64,000 bases of DNA from Spirogloea muscicola (Eukaryota): positions 391,276-455,275 of the forward strand of contig WELB01000025.1 in NCBI GenBank assembly GCA_009602725.1, in the 5' to 3' direction. The notes under the pieces are model-generated. The model made no database searches. It saw only the letters and a program-made list of their open reading frames with translations, and had not been told where the DNA came from. The position numbers and the translations under genes were made by a program. Every line of letters starts with the position of its first letter. Position 1 is the stretch's first letter. Below are positions 11,691-23,379 of this stretch, in pieces.

Positions 11691-13730
11691 GTGCGCTAGA
11701 CGGTGCCATGTTGCACCCATTTGAGGCGTGGCAGGCAGGGTGATATACGGAGGATAAGCGACACAAGCGACCAAAACCGTTGGGAAGCTTCCTGCTCTGC
11801 ATTGTCTGTCACAAGCGTCAGTTTGCTGCCACCCGAGCCGCCCGTCCCGTCAGTGATGAGCACTGTGATCTCATCGTCGCAGTGTTGCCTAGTGACTGAC
11901 ACCAAATATTAGTAAAGTACTACCTGTAGTGAGCTGGTTACTGGCGTGTCGAGATACTTGAGGTGCCTTGACTCCCTGTAACGATCCGATAGTGTAACGA
12001 TTCAACATCTGTACCAACATTAAGGGTCAGAGCGTCCTCTTTGGGGTTCGACATAGAGATTTATGAGGCGAAGTAAAACAACACGCCCCTACACACGCGG
12101 ATAGGGAGAGTTGTGTTTGTTGATCTCGGCTGTAGGGGATCTGAGAGTCAACCATCTACACAGCGAAGCACTCCCGCGTCAGCGCAACGAAAGCTGGCCT
12201 ATGGCGCCGCCGTCAGGCGGCGTCTCCACCTCCTGCTGTGTGGCGCTTCAGAGCCTTCCGGCTTTTCGGCTTTCCTTAACATTTTGTGCTGGCCTTTCCC
12301 AGCCACCTTTCCATATTGGGCAAGAGTTTTGTCCTGGCCACCAGCCAGCATCTAGCCCGCCAAGGGCCAGCCATGGACGCCTCACAGCGAGCCGACAGTG
12401 ATCTGCCCGGCGACGTGCTGTGGCAGCAGGCAGCAGGGCTGTGCCTCCATCTCTGGGTTTCACCGATCCGTATTGCCAGTCCAGTCTCCGCCCAAACTCC
12501 TAGTGCTTCTTTTGTGCCAGCCCCCCTCCAGGGATGTGTAGGGTCGCCCCAAGGCCCACCCGAGGTAGCTGGGTGAGCTCTAGTTGGTGGTAGAATGGCT
12601 TCGAATCTGGCATCTGGTAGGGCATCGATAGCGACCTTCATGTGTTGACCCGTGGTTACTAAGAGGGTCAAGCTGCCGTGGGTGATGTACGTCACTAGAT
12701 GTGCTTGCCATTGCACTTGGCCATTTTAGCCTTCGTTTGTTGTGATTACATGCGAATTCGCCTTCCAAGGTGCAGACTTGTGCGAGGAAAGGCCCACCGC
12801 CAGGAGCGGGCGGGCCGCACGAGGCCCACTTTGATATTGGGCTGGCCTCTCACAGCCACCGGCCTCTCCAGGAAGCGTCTCTTTCTATATTGAGGGGCGG
12901 GCCGACAAGACCCACCCCGACCCACCCTGAGTGTAGCGTTCGAGCCCGTACAGGCAGGTTAGAGCCGAATGCGTCCTTACTATGATTTGTGCTTGGGATT
13001 CAAGGACAACCACCCGCACGAGGAAGCACTCCGGCACAGGAAGACTTGCCCTGTGGCGCTGGCGCCAGGCAGCAGCTCCACCTCCTGGGCACGTACTGCC
13101 GACTTGTCCATAGCGGAAGGCCGCCAAGGTCTCCTCAGCAGAGCCGGCAACGAGCCGCGCGCGGCAGCGGTCTACAGGCAGCAGACGGCCGCAGGGCTGC
13201 GCCTCTCAGAGTCTCGCTGAGTCCCCGGCCTCCCGTCGGGTCTCTCTCTGCTCCGTGCAATAGTAAGTGCTCCTCCGTGCCACCTCCCTCCAGGGTGTAT
13301 GGGGGCCGCCCCATGGCTCGCCCGCGAGGAGCGTGCCTGATGCGAGGAGTGCTGTGGATCGCCAAGCCCGGGCTGCCGGCGGAGCGAGGAAAAGCGGGAA
13401 GGCATTGGAATGGGGCTGCAACGGTAGCAATGAGCGACACTCTTAGGGTTACTTCTCATTACTGCAAGGGCAAGGGTCCAGGGGTCCGAGGTTGGGTGAA
13501 GATAGCATCCCCTTTCCCATCTCGGATTCCCCCTATATAGCCCGACGAGCTGCGAGCCTGGCCATACGGGCCCGGGTGGGATAATTGGCACCCAGTTCCT
13601 CGTTGACGACCCGTCCACGATCTGTCGACGGCTATCAACGGGCTACCACCGACATTCTACGTATCCATCGGCCACCAACGCCATACCGACGGTCCCCTCG
13701 TCAATGCCCGGTGTGACGGTTATGTCACTT

Positions 13731-14050
13731 AGCGGCATTAGTTAGCATTACAGTAAGTAAGGCATAAGTAAACAGTATAGACAATGCGCCAGCATGCACG
13801 ACAGTTGGATGATACTTTGAGTGCCAAGTAGTACAGGCATGGGCGCCACGTTTCGACACCTCACGAGCCACGTGGCGACATGTCCTGAACAGCGGCATTA
13901 ATCAGCATTACAGTAAATAAGGCATAAGTAAACATTATAGACAATGCGCCAGCATGCACGACAGTTGGATGGTACTTTGAGTGCCACGTAGTACAGGCAT
14001 AGGCGCCACGTTTCGACACCTCACGAGCCACGTGGCGGCATGTCCTGACT
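13731..14050 (+). repeat. 160-bp tandem duplication inside the 5' LTR of the family-C element
   Basis: AGCGGCATTA...GCCACGTGGCG.CATGTCCTGA occurs at 13731 and 13891. The 3' LTR has one copy. Confidence 0.92.
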
Positions 14051-14807
14051 ACTACGTGTCCATGTTGGATACATGGCCTAGGCAGGTGGCACTGCCACGA
14101 CCAGCTGGCTGCATAGCTGTAGGACATCTATCGCGGGGGCTCTCCAATAGAAGGAAGGCTCCACTTTTATATCAGACAGTCTTGGCAGACGCCTCAATCC
14201 ATTCCCCATCTGCTTTAGCGTTGGCTTGGCTTCGGCTGCCTAGGCCTAACCCACAGTCGTTAAACCCAGGTCCGCTTCACTGATGGAGAACCGGGGTACT
14301 CGCTGGGTACCTCGCGGGCGAGAAGGAGGCCATCGTCACCGAGCGCCCGAGGAAGAGCGCGACGAACAGCCCCACCTCTTGACGCCGACGAGCGACGGGC
14401 GAAGAGCGTGACAAACAGCGCCACTCCACAATGCTATCTGAGCGGCTCTGCAGCGAGGCCCAACGAATCCCGACAGCGAGCGGACTATGGACAGAATTTC
14501 CGGTAACTAGCCGGACCAGAGCGGACGTCTGCGGCACGCAACTTTTTCACGCATGGCGGTCCTACTGGCTAGACAACAACAGTATGTGCCTATCAGAGCG
14601 GCAACCGCGGTGGAGCTGGAAAGCCAGCAACAGCGCATCAGGGCCACGATTCGACAACTTCGCGTCAAGCTGCTCAAGCCGTAAATACAGCAGAATGCGG
14701 TGGACTTGCACGAGTACCGGGCAACCATACAAGATTTGGAACGGCAGGAACAAGAAGTAGAGAGTATGCTGCATCGAGCCCTTCGAAATCTCAGAGCAGA
14801 GCAGCAG

Positions 14808-14839
<32 letters not shown>

Positions 14840-15110
14840 CGACTACGACTACGACTACTGTGTGCTAGGGCCGGGCTGGCTAGTACCGGTCCACGTCGTC
14901 CACCGGTACCATGGCCAACACCGCCGTCACCTTCCACGCCGCCACCACTACCACCACCACGACAACGACCACGACTCCCGCAACAGGAAAGTCGGGCAAG
15001 CATGGGGGCATTTCTCACTTTGTGATTCGGCTACGGCAGAGCGGCGGAGTTGCGCCACTGCAAGAAGGGACGACACTACGACAACGACGACGACGACCAC
15101 GACACCGGCG
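14808..15110 (+). repeat. Trinucleotide microsatellites (GAC)n/(GACTAC)n, (CCA)n, (ACG)n
   Basis: Directly visible at ~14808-14858, 14940-14975 and 15070-15105. Confidence 0.9.
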
Positions 15111-15214
15111 ACGCTGATAAACTGCTATGACGACGCTGACAAAAGCAGATGACCGGTACCAGGTAGCAGGATGGCTCCAGGATGGTGCCAAGAGCAGGGG
15201 ACTGCTCTCAGGTT

Positions 15215-16560
15215 GGCGCGAGGAGGCTGCGTAGGTGGAGGGCGGCTCCCAGGTAGGCGCAGAGACGCGCCGAGAGCGCAGGTATGCGCGTGGAGGCAGT
15301 GCTGGAGATGGGCTGCTCCCAGGTGGGCGTGGAGAGACGCCGAGGGCGCAGAGAGGAGCCGGAAGCGCAGAGATGCGCGGGGAGGCTGTGCAGGAGGAGG
15401 GCGGCTTCGAGGTGGGCGCGGGGGGGCGCCGAATGCGCAGAGATGCGCGGCGAGCAGAGAGAAGGGCTCGCCCGTTGAGGATAGGGGCTGGGAAAAGCCA
15501 GCCCAGAAAAGAATGAACAAAGGACGAGAAGTACGAAGAACAACAAGCACAGAAAGCAGAAACAAAGCAGCTACGAAGCACTCAGTAACCCCTGCTAAGC
15601 AGCCTCAGGTCAGAGAGACTGAGTTCCTGGAAGCGGGTTCCCTGGCCAGAGCCAGAGGGCTGCTCCCAGGTGGGCGCGGAGAGGCGCCGGAAGCGCAGAG
15701 ATGCGCGGGAAGGCTGTGCAGGAGGAGGACGGCTCCAGGTGGGCGCGGAGAGGCGCCGGAAGCGCAGACGTGCGCGGCGAGCAGAGGGCTGCTCCTAGGT
15801 ATGCGTGGAGAGACGCCGTGAGCGCAGGATGCGCGGCAAGCAGAGAGCTACTTCTAGGTGGGCGCAGGGAAGCGCCGCGAGCACAGGGAGGTGCGGTGGG
15901 CGCAGAGAACAGGTGCGAGGCGACGCAAGCGGATCTTCTCTTTGGCACAGCGGCGCGAATGTGTGGCAGCACAGGCCGCCAGTTGCCAGGAAGAAAATAA
16001 AGCACCCCCCGAACACGGCGGCTCGTCGGCCAGCACCAGCGAAGAAGGAGGAATAAGACAAGAAGGGAAGCAAAGTCAGGTTTTCCGCTGCACATGGTAA
16101 CAAATTGCTGAGGATATGGAGCGAGAACATTCACATGTCCCAGGCTATTTCCTGGAGTGGGGCAGTATGGAGAGTAGGGAGGAGCCGAGCCTCCGCAGGA
16201 GGCGGCGCGACCTGCAGGAAATATGGTATGGAGGCGAGTGAAGCGAGCCTCCGCAACCACCTGCGGACAGCAAGAGTACAGGAGACGAGCCCCTGAATGG
16301 GGCGAGACGAACTGCTGACAGGGCAGCAGAAGGACAGGAGACGAGCCCCTGAAGGTGGCGAGACGACCTGCTGACAGGGAAGCAGGAGATGGACAGCCGA
16401 GCCCCCACAGGGTGCGAGGCGATGTGCAGGGCCGCCAGTGCAGAGGCGAACAGAGAGAGCCTCGGCAGTATCCGGCAGGAAGGTGAGTCACCACAGGTGG
16501 CGAGACGACCTGCAGGGGGGGTGGTGCAGAGGCAAGCGAAGGGGAGCATCACGAGCTGCA
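15215..16560 (+). repeat. GC/purine-rich degenerate tandem repeats (two unit types)
   Basis: Recurring CCAGGTGGGCGCGGAGAG...GCGCAGAGATGCGCGG (15215-15930) and GGAGACGAGCCCCTGAA...GGCGAGACGACCTGC (16180-16520). Confidence 0.8.
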
Positions 16561-17381
16561 GCGAGCCGATGCAGAAACCTGCGTATTTGGAGAGAGACAG
16601 GGACGCCGGTAAGGAGGCGAAGGCAGTGAGCCTTCCCAGGCCAGCAGGGAGACGAGGCACCACAGGTGGTGAGAAGATCTGCACGGACGGCGGTGGAGAG
16701 GCGAGCGAAGGGGAGCGCAGCAACCTGAAGCAAGCCTCGACAGAACCCTGTAGTTTTTCAAAATAATGGTTTTGTTTGATATGCTTTGCTTTCGTTTGGC
16801 TTGCACTCTTCTCCTTGGCCAAGAGGAGCACTTCGCCTGCACAACGCGTTGCCAGCTTCTCCGTAGAGGAGGGACTGATTTGACGGTTACAACACTTAGC
16901 GGCATTGATTAGTTCTTGAAAATAACTTTCTGCGTAACAATATGGACAATGCGCCTGTATGCACGACAGTTGGATGATACATTTGAGTGCCGTAGTACAG
17001 GTGTAGGCGCCACGTGGCGACACGTCATGAGCCACGTGTCCTTGTTGGACACGTGGCTTAGGCAGGTGGCACTGCCACGACCAGCTGGCTGCAAAGCTGT
17101 AGGACATCTGTCGAGGGGGCTCTCCTATGTATAGGGCTCCACTCTTGTATCAGACAGTCAGGGCAGACGTCTCATATTATTCCCGATCTGCATTAGCGTT
17201 GCCTTGGCTCCGGCTGCCTGACCCACAGTCGTCAGACCCAGGTCCGCTTCACCAGTCAATAGCAACTGACGGTCTATTACCCTCGGGCTATCGTTCCCGT
17301 CAATAGTAAAGACCGCTGACGACGCCGTCAAATAGTCTACAGCGCTGCCGCCTTCCGTCGCCATTCCAGCGCCAACGCCAT

Positions 17382-18200
17382 AGTGACGTTCTGAGCCCTT
17401 CGCTGACAGTCAGGGGTTAGAACATTTTTATTGTATTCGGTCTCTGGGGTTTTAAATCGAAACCCCCAGCACAGAGAAGCACCACATTCACACGCAGCGG
17501 AATACCTTGCCCTGAGGTGCCGCTGACAGGCGGCGACTCACCTCTAGGTAAGGGCCAGCAACTGTCCCCAAAGGGAGCAGCCACAGTCTACCTTCAGGAG
17601 AGCCCATGAAGATCCGCAGGGTCGGGTTGCGGCGTCGGGCTGCAGCAGCAGGCAGCAGCAGGCCTGCGTGGACGAGCTGCGGCAGCAGGCGGCAGCAGGA
17701 TTGCGCGCCTCTCTCTTGCGTGGACTTCGCTGACTTGGATCGGGTGGCCCGAGTCTGCTCTCAGCCCTACTTATAGTGTGCTTCATGTGCCACCCTTTCC
17801 AGGGGTCTCCGAGAGGCTCGCCTCAAGGCCCACCTTTGAGAAGGCGGGCCCGACAAGTGGGATACGATCGTGAGGGCAGCGGCGCCGACCTGCGCGGCGC
17901 AGTGCCGCCCTGCGCTGCGCCACCCTGTGCGGCGCGGCGCCGCCAATCGCGTCACAGCGCCACACGCGTCACAAGCATGTCACTACGAGTCCGGCGCACC
18001 GCCGGGTAGCCAGCGGTGCGACGGCCAGGCGCCGGCCGTACTGGCTGTGCAGCAGCGATACGGCGGCGATCCGGCGGCCGCTCCGGCGGCGCGGCGGCCA
18101 TGCGACGGCGTCACCACCGACAGACCGCCAAGCAGCTCCTTTGCTGGCGCGCCGCGCGTCACCGTCGCGCGGCGCCCTCGTGTCAGTCGCGGCGAGCACT
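17382..18200 (-). mobile_element. Degenerate family-A LTR, 5' end unclear
   Basis: Reverse complement matches 28530-29012 (GAGGTGAGTCGCCGCCTGTC, CCTCAGGGCAAGGTATTCCGCTGCG, CAGAACGTCAC). Confidence 0.8.
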
Positions 18201-18494
18201 GCACAGATGCAGCGGTGTTGGCTGCAGACATGCTTAGGTGCGCTATCTACTTAATCTGCAAATCTTGACTATAGGTCGATGAGCGCCCATCCGCAGAAGT
18301 CACCCAAAGTAACGTCGTGCATTTTGCACCTTCCGGCCTTCCAGACGTTGTTCATTGCTCTTGGCCTGGCCTCTCACAGCGCTTACCTTACAGGGAAGGA
18401 GCTATTTCTTATTCTTGCACAGGGAGGGAGCGGACTGGCACCCACGACCTCCTCCACCGCCATGTATGGTGTCTTCCAGCGTCCCGCAAGCAAT

Positions 18495-19345
18495 AATGGC
18501 TTGCTATGGAATGCGGCTTTCGTTGAGTTTGCAGCTTTCCCAGTCACTCGCGATCTGCCAGCCTGCTGGGCGCGCACTAGGCCGGGGTAATGGCTTGTAA
18601 TATGGAGCTTGGGGCTCCTCACCTTAGCTTGTCAAATATGTACGTGCTCACTCCTTGGTACTCGAGACCCACTTAGCCATTCGGTCTCCCTCTCATTTCA
18701 TGAGCATCGAGCGCCTTTCTCTCTACCTGGAGGCGGGCTACACCGTCGCGATAAAGTGCAGCGTTATGCCCATTCAATCAGGGCGGACGGCCGTTCCCAC
18801 GCGCGTTGCGCCGACCTCGTCGCCAGCACGAGAAGCTCTTCCAAAGCGAGCGGGGGCTGTGATTAACCAGACCGGAAAGATGAATAAGCTCCAAAGGGCC
18901 GAGCTCACTCCTTTCTTCCCCCTTGCCTTTGACGTCTAGGGTGCATTCGGCGCTAGGTAGCTCCTGCACCGGCTAGCGCAGCGCTGTGTCCCGATATTAC
19001 CAAGAAGAGCAGGCCGAACTTGACGTGGCAGGCTCTCTCGCCCAGGTGTATCGCATGCGCCTGTCAGTATGGCTGCAGCGGTTCATGGGACACGCGCTGC
19101 ATCTGCGTGACAGTCTCGGTTTGGCTGCGCTTTGGCTGCTTTGGCCTCTTGCTATAGACAGGGACCCGCTACCCGGATACTAATTTCTCTGACCTGCGGT
19201 CAACAGGGGATATCGAGCGTTCGGTGGCCACTGCGTTGCTGTGTGCTTTAAAGGCTTTTCTGGCCCCTTTGAACTTTGTTCATCTTTGCTCATTTATCTC
19301 CTGGGCTGGCCAATCACAGCCATCGGCCTCTACTGGAAGAGTCTT
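18495..19345 (+). mobile_element. CRE-like non-LTR retrotransposon 3' fragment (endonuclease C-terminus and 3' UTR) with an upstream module
   Basis: LEAGYTVAIKCSVMPIQSG/ADGRSHARCADLVA, FFPLAFDV*GAFG and SLAQVYRMRLSVWLQRFMGHALHLR parallel the C-terminus of the element at 51961-52700. Confidence 0.85.
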
Positions 19346-20309
19346 CTATCAACAAAATGCTCGCCCATTCAAGAAGGCGGCTGGGGACGGCCAGCCCAAA
19401 AAGATTGGACAAGGTCCAAAGAGCCGATAGCTGAAAGGGGCTTATAGTACATAGCTATGCACGAGACGACAGCGGAGGGGAGATTTAATAACCCCGGGTT
19501 AGCAGCAGCAAGTCGGAGTAACCTGCAGCTGGAAACGAAAGAAACAGCTCTTCCAAATCGACAGCAGTGGCTGTGAGAGGCCAGCCCAAAGGGGTGAAAA
19601 CTGGCTCTCCCAGTGGGGGCAATGGCTGTGAGAAGCCAGCCATAAAAGAATGAATAAGGTTCGAAGGGGCCAAACAACGAAGGGGCCGACGAGAGAAAAA
19701 GCACTACCTCAGGACTGATTTAGGACGTACCACTCATAAACATGAGTGAGGAGCCGCAGAGTCGACCATAAAAATATGTCCAAAAATTAAGACAGCCCTC
19801 AAAGCTGCTAGGCACCCTCATACGCTGAGTTATCTTTCTTCGCGGCAATATTACTACGACGTGCATACGCAATGACGTAGTGATGGTTGTCCTGTTCCTT
19901 CTGTGCAAGGACTTCTCCCATACCCACTTTGCTCAGTTTGTATGTGAAAAGAATTGCCGAGAATAGTCCGGACGCCCTGTAACTGCGACTTACACCAGCA
20001 GAAAGCTAGTATGCCCAAGGCCCCACCTCCGGACCGCGGCGCAGTGTGTCGACCTGCTGAGACAGACGCTGGAGGAGAGAGGCCACTCATAAGCGTAGCT
20101 GCTGTAGGTTTCCACGGGGCACAGGTGAGGTTTTCCGTTCAAGAATTTCTCTCAAATTTCTCTACAAGTGTGCTCCGCTGGGGCCGTCGCTCGGCCAGGC
20201 ACAGTCATCATGGGAGCACCCAGCTGAAGGCGTCGGTGATGACACGTCGAGGAGGAGGCGTCGCCTGCTGCTTGCGGCCGCGATAGAAGAGGCATGGTGT
20301 GGCGCAAAA

Positions 20310-20981
20310 TGTAAGGTCCCCTCCCGCTTGGGAGTGCCAAACGGCACCGGTAACTCTCCATACGGGCCGAGGCCCTGGGCTTCGTACCGCACGTGCACCG
20401 TGCAGGAGACGATGCTTCGTGTCGCGGCAGTCGTGGAATCGAAGCGCCGTTCTGCCGATTGTGACTCTGGCAGTTGTATAACCGATGCGCCGCTTCGTGA
20501 CGCGCACCGGTACGTATTCCCATTCGTCAGGCCCGCCCCTCCGGGGGTAAACCTTGGGGCTACCCTCGTCACACCCTCGGAGGAGGGGTGGCAGATGGAA
20601 CGCTATAAGTAGCAGGCCGAGGCCAGACTCATCAGTCGGACCAGTGACGCTCAGAGAAAGGCACAGCCTTGCTTGCCTGCTGCCGCAGCCACCGTCACAG
20701 CTCTGCTGCTGCCGTCTGCTGCTCAGCCGGTCGCCGCGGCTCGTTGCTGCGGGCATCGCCGGCTTTCGGTAAGTGCTATGGCTGCGTCCCATGTCGGGAC
20801 AGCTTGTAAGCCAGACCCTCAGTAGAGTCACCGCCTTCTGGCGGTGCCTCAGGGTAAGACTTCCGTACGCAGTATACGCTGGCGTTCCACTGTAAGGGGG
20901 TTGTCCCAGAACCCCCTAAGTCCGAATTACAATAAGGACGTACTAACCCCTGATCGTTTGTATGGGGATCTGGACGTCACG
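20310..20981 (+). mobile_element. Solo LTR, family B
   Basis: TGTAAGGTCCC...GGACGTCACG, flanked by CAAAA / CAAAC (4 of 5 TSD match). No PBS or PPT adjacent. Confidence 0.82.
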
Positions 20982-21466
20982 CAAACACCATAATTTTCTC
21001 GTGTGCTGGCCGTTCACATCTATCGATCTCTGTGGATAAGGGCTTTCTATGGGCGCGCACTTCTCTCTTTCCTGCCGGCTGCTACATCGCTTGACTCGGG
21101 GCCTCACTTAGGATTATTGAGCGGTCATCAGAAGCAAGCGCGGCCAGATTGACTGGTGGCTGGGAGAGGCCAGCCCAAAGGAATGGACAAGGCCTGAAGG
21201 AGCCAGAGTGCTAAGGACTGAGACAGCAGCAAGCGGTCATCGTAGTAGTCCCTGATATTCGAGTGTTACACATTGAAACGACTTCTTACTTTCGTGGCTT
21301 GTGGTTATCGGGCCTTTACGACCTTGCCCATCTACTTTGGGCTGGCGTCTCACGGCTACAGCCAGACTCTGGATCTTAGCTCTTTCAGTGGACTCTGTCA
21401 ACCCTTCTAAATTGGTCTTGCACACCTCGCCACTTCGAAGAAGCTTCTTCTCCTGTTAGAAGCTGT

Positions 21467-21834
21467 TTGGACCTTGTCTGTTTCTGATTACGCCAGCCTT
21501 TGACACTCATCGCCTCCTTCTGCTTATGAGAAATTTCCTGTAAGGAGCGATGGCGGTAAATGGCCAGCCCAAAAGGAATGAACAAGTGTCAAAAGGTACC
21601 AGAGAGGCAGTCACGCAGCTCTGCAAGTGGCACTACAAATGGGTGTTCATATTCCCAGTCGACCGCCACAAGTCGGAGTAGCTAGCGACTTGGGAATCTC
21701 TGGTACCTTTTGACACTTGTTCATTCCCTTTGGGCTGGCCATTTACCGCTATCGCTCCTTACAGAAAGTTCTCATCAGTAGAAGGCGGCCATGAGTGTCA
21801 AAGGCTGGCGTAATCAGAAACAGACAAGGTCCAA
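21467..21834. repeat. Long inverted repeat (arms 21467-21605 and 21697-21834)
   Basis: TTGGACCTTGTCTGTTTCTGATTACGCCAGCC...GGTACCAGAGA is mirrored by TCTCTGGTACC...GGCTGGCGTAATCAGAAACAGACAAGGTCCAA with few mismatches. Confidence 0.92.
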
Positions 21835-21869
21835 GTCGAGCCCCAGAAGCAGCAGCCAGAGATTGAGCT

Positions 21870-23080
21870 GCCTACGGTTGCAGGCATACTCTGGGAGCAC
21901 TGGACCGACACTAAGAGAGGGAGGAACACCTGAGCGAGCAACAGCAGCACCAGAGCCGGTTGGCTCGCGCAGCTGTCCTCGATGCCGGATCATTGCTCTC
22001 TATGCGATATATGCAGGTCAAATACCAAGTCAACCAGTGTGTCTATGCACGGCGCAAAGAACATGTTGCTTGCCAAGTGGTCCGTGTGCTTGCGCTCCTT
22101 TGGTGCCTGCAACCTAGCCGACATTGAGACCCGGCTTTTAAGCTGTTGGGGTCGGATTCTTGGGATCAAGTGAGTCGCGGTGACGACGTCGTCCTCATCA
22201 AGTCTGGGCCCTCGCTAGGGGCGATGGCGATAAGGTCGTGCGCCGCTGGTGGGGATGGTTGGCTGGCATGTTGGAGAGCCATTTTAGGCCACGTGGAAGT
22301 TAGCTTCCTGGAGATGGCAGTCATGCTGTTGCAAAGGAGGTCATGGGTACCACTTTGCTTCCCCAACATGCACATCATTGATGTGCACCGCCACTTGTGG
22401 CGCCGCCAAGTCCAACGCGTCAGATTGCATTCCCGCGATCGCATTGCACCACGCCGGTGAAGCAGGGGCGGATGGAGGGCAATAAGGTGGTCAGCGGGCC
22501 GTGCAAAAGGAAGACGCTCCCAGGAGAGGGCGGAAGCTGGGAGAGGCCAGCCAAGAGAAAAGAATGAAGGTCCTCGTCCTGCATGTGGAGTGTCCCGTAT
22601 TTGGGTGCGCCATCGACTACGCCGCTTCTTCTGGGAGGTTGCGGTCAACAGGCAAGCGCCCCCCTGTAGTCTTCCTGAAAGGGAGGCGGCCTTCGCCCTT
22701 ACCATCTTTAGGCACGCTTGGGCCCGCAGGTCAGCTGGATTTAAGAGGGTGTGGAAAGCAGACTGGCCGCTGCGTCAGGGCAGTCTTGTTGGACAGCCGG
22801 CAGCACAGCTCGCGCCGAGCGAGGGCAGCCTGGAATGGGCAGCATGCCGCTTTTACACCCGCAGTGTGGCCTGCTCCAACGCGCGACAGCCATGCAGGAT
22901 TAGTACCGCGGCAACACGGGAACCGCAATGGGGCAGCGACCTGCGCCCAGCTGCTTAGATACGCCGCCCGCAGGCGGGCAAGCAGGCGCAGACGGGCCGC
23001 AGCTGACCGGTCAGGGGGCTTGTTGCAGTGGTCAGAGGTGCTCCAGCAGCCATGCCTGCAGCTACTCCGCCACACCCGCT
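21870..23080 (-). mobile_element. Decayed CRE-like fragment (C-terminal region), interrupted at ~22490-22700
   Basis: MMCMLGKQSGTHDLL, DLIAIAPSEGPDLM and RAMIRHRGQ parallel HMLHFANGGKHTGSYNLL, DLVAIPPGGGPSIIM and RAISHRQGQ in the long copy. Confidence 0.7.
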
Positions 23081-23379
23081 AATGCGTCAGCTTTTACGAC
23101 TAGGCCGCCCAAAGAGTCTGCATCCTATGGGAAACAACCGCTTTTGGTTGTAAGGCAATGCCCGAGGGAAGGGTATAGCTCTTCCGAGGTGAGGTCATGG
23201 CTGTGAGAGCCAGCCCATTCAAACAGTTCCTCCAATGTGGGGCAGTAGCATGACAGCCCAGCCCAGAAAACGTGAACAAGGTGATATCCGGCCATAAAGG
23301 GTCAACAAAAAGTGTTATGCATGACGTATGCACATGGACGCTCAGATTGGAGTTGCAGATCAAAGTAAATAGAGGGCAA

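Larger units (their letters stand above)
13712..17251 (+). mobile_element. Non-autonomous LTR element, family C (5' LTR ~13712-14279, 3' LTR ~16879-17251), no pol recognisable
   Basis: Direct repeats start TGACGGTTA...CACTTAGCGGCATT and both end CCCAGGTCCGCTTCA. PBS-like TGATGGAGAACCGGGG at 14281. Purine tract AGAGGAGGGA precedes the second repeat. Confidence 0.75.

Noticed and set aside
11977..12110. Additional LTR end on the minus strand (TGTAACGAT...AGGGTCAGAGCGTCCT)
   Set aside because: Resembles the family-B terminus but is too short and diverged to delimit, so it is not listed as a feature.
13731..16560. Repeat arrays as a CRISPR locus
   Set aside because: Units are tandem and degenerate without unique spacers, there are no cas genes, and the context is eukaryotic.
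16750..16850. Copia RNase H-like peptide LLLAKEKSASQTKAKHIKQNHYF on the minus strand
   Set aside because: It is antisense to the element defined by the PBS and PPT, is short, and has no other copia motifs. Probably the T-rich 3' UTR read backwards.
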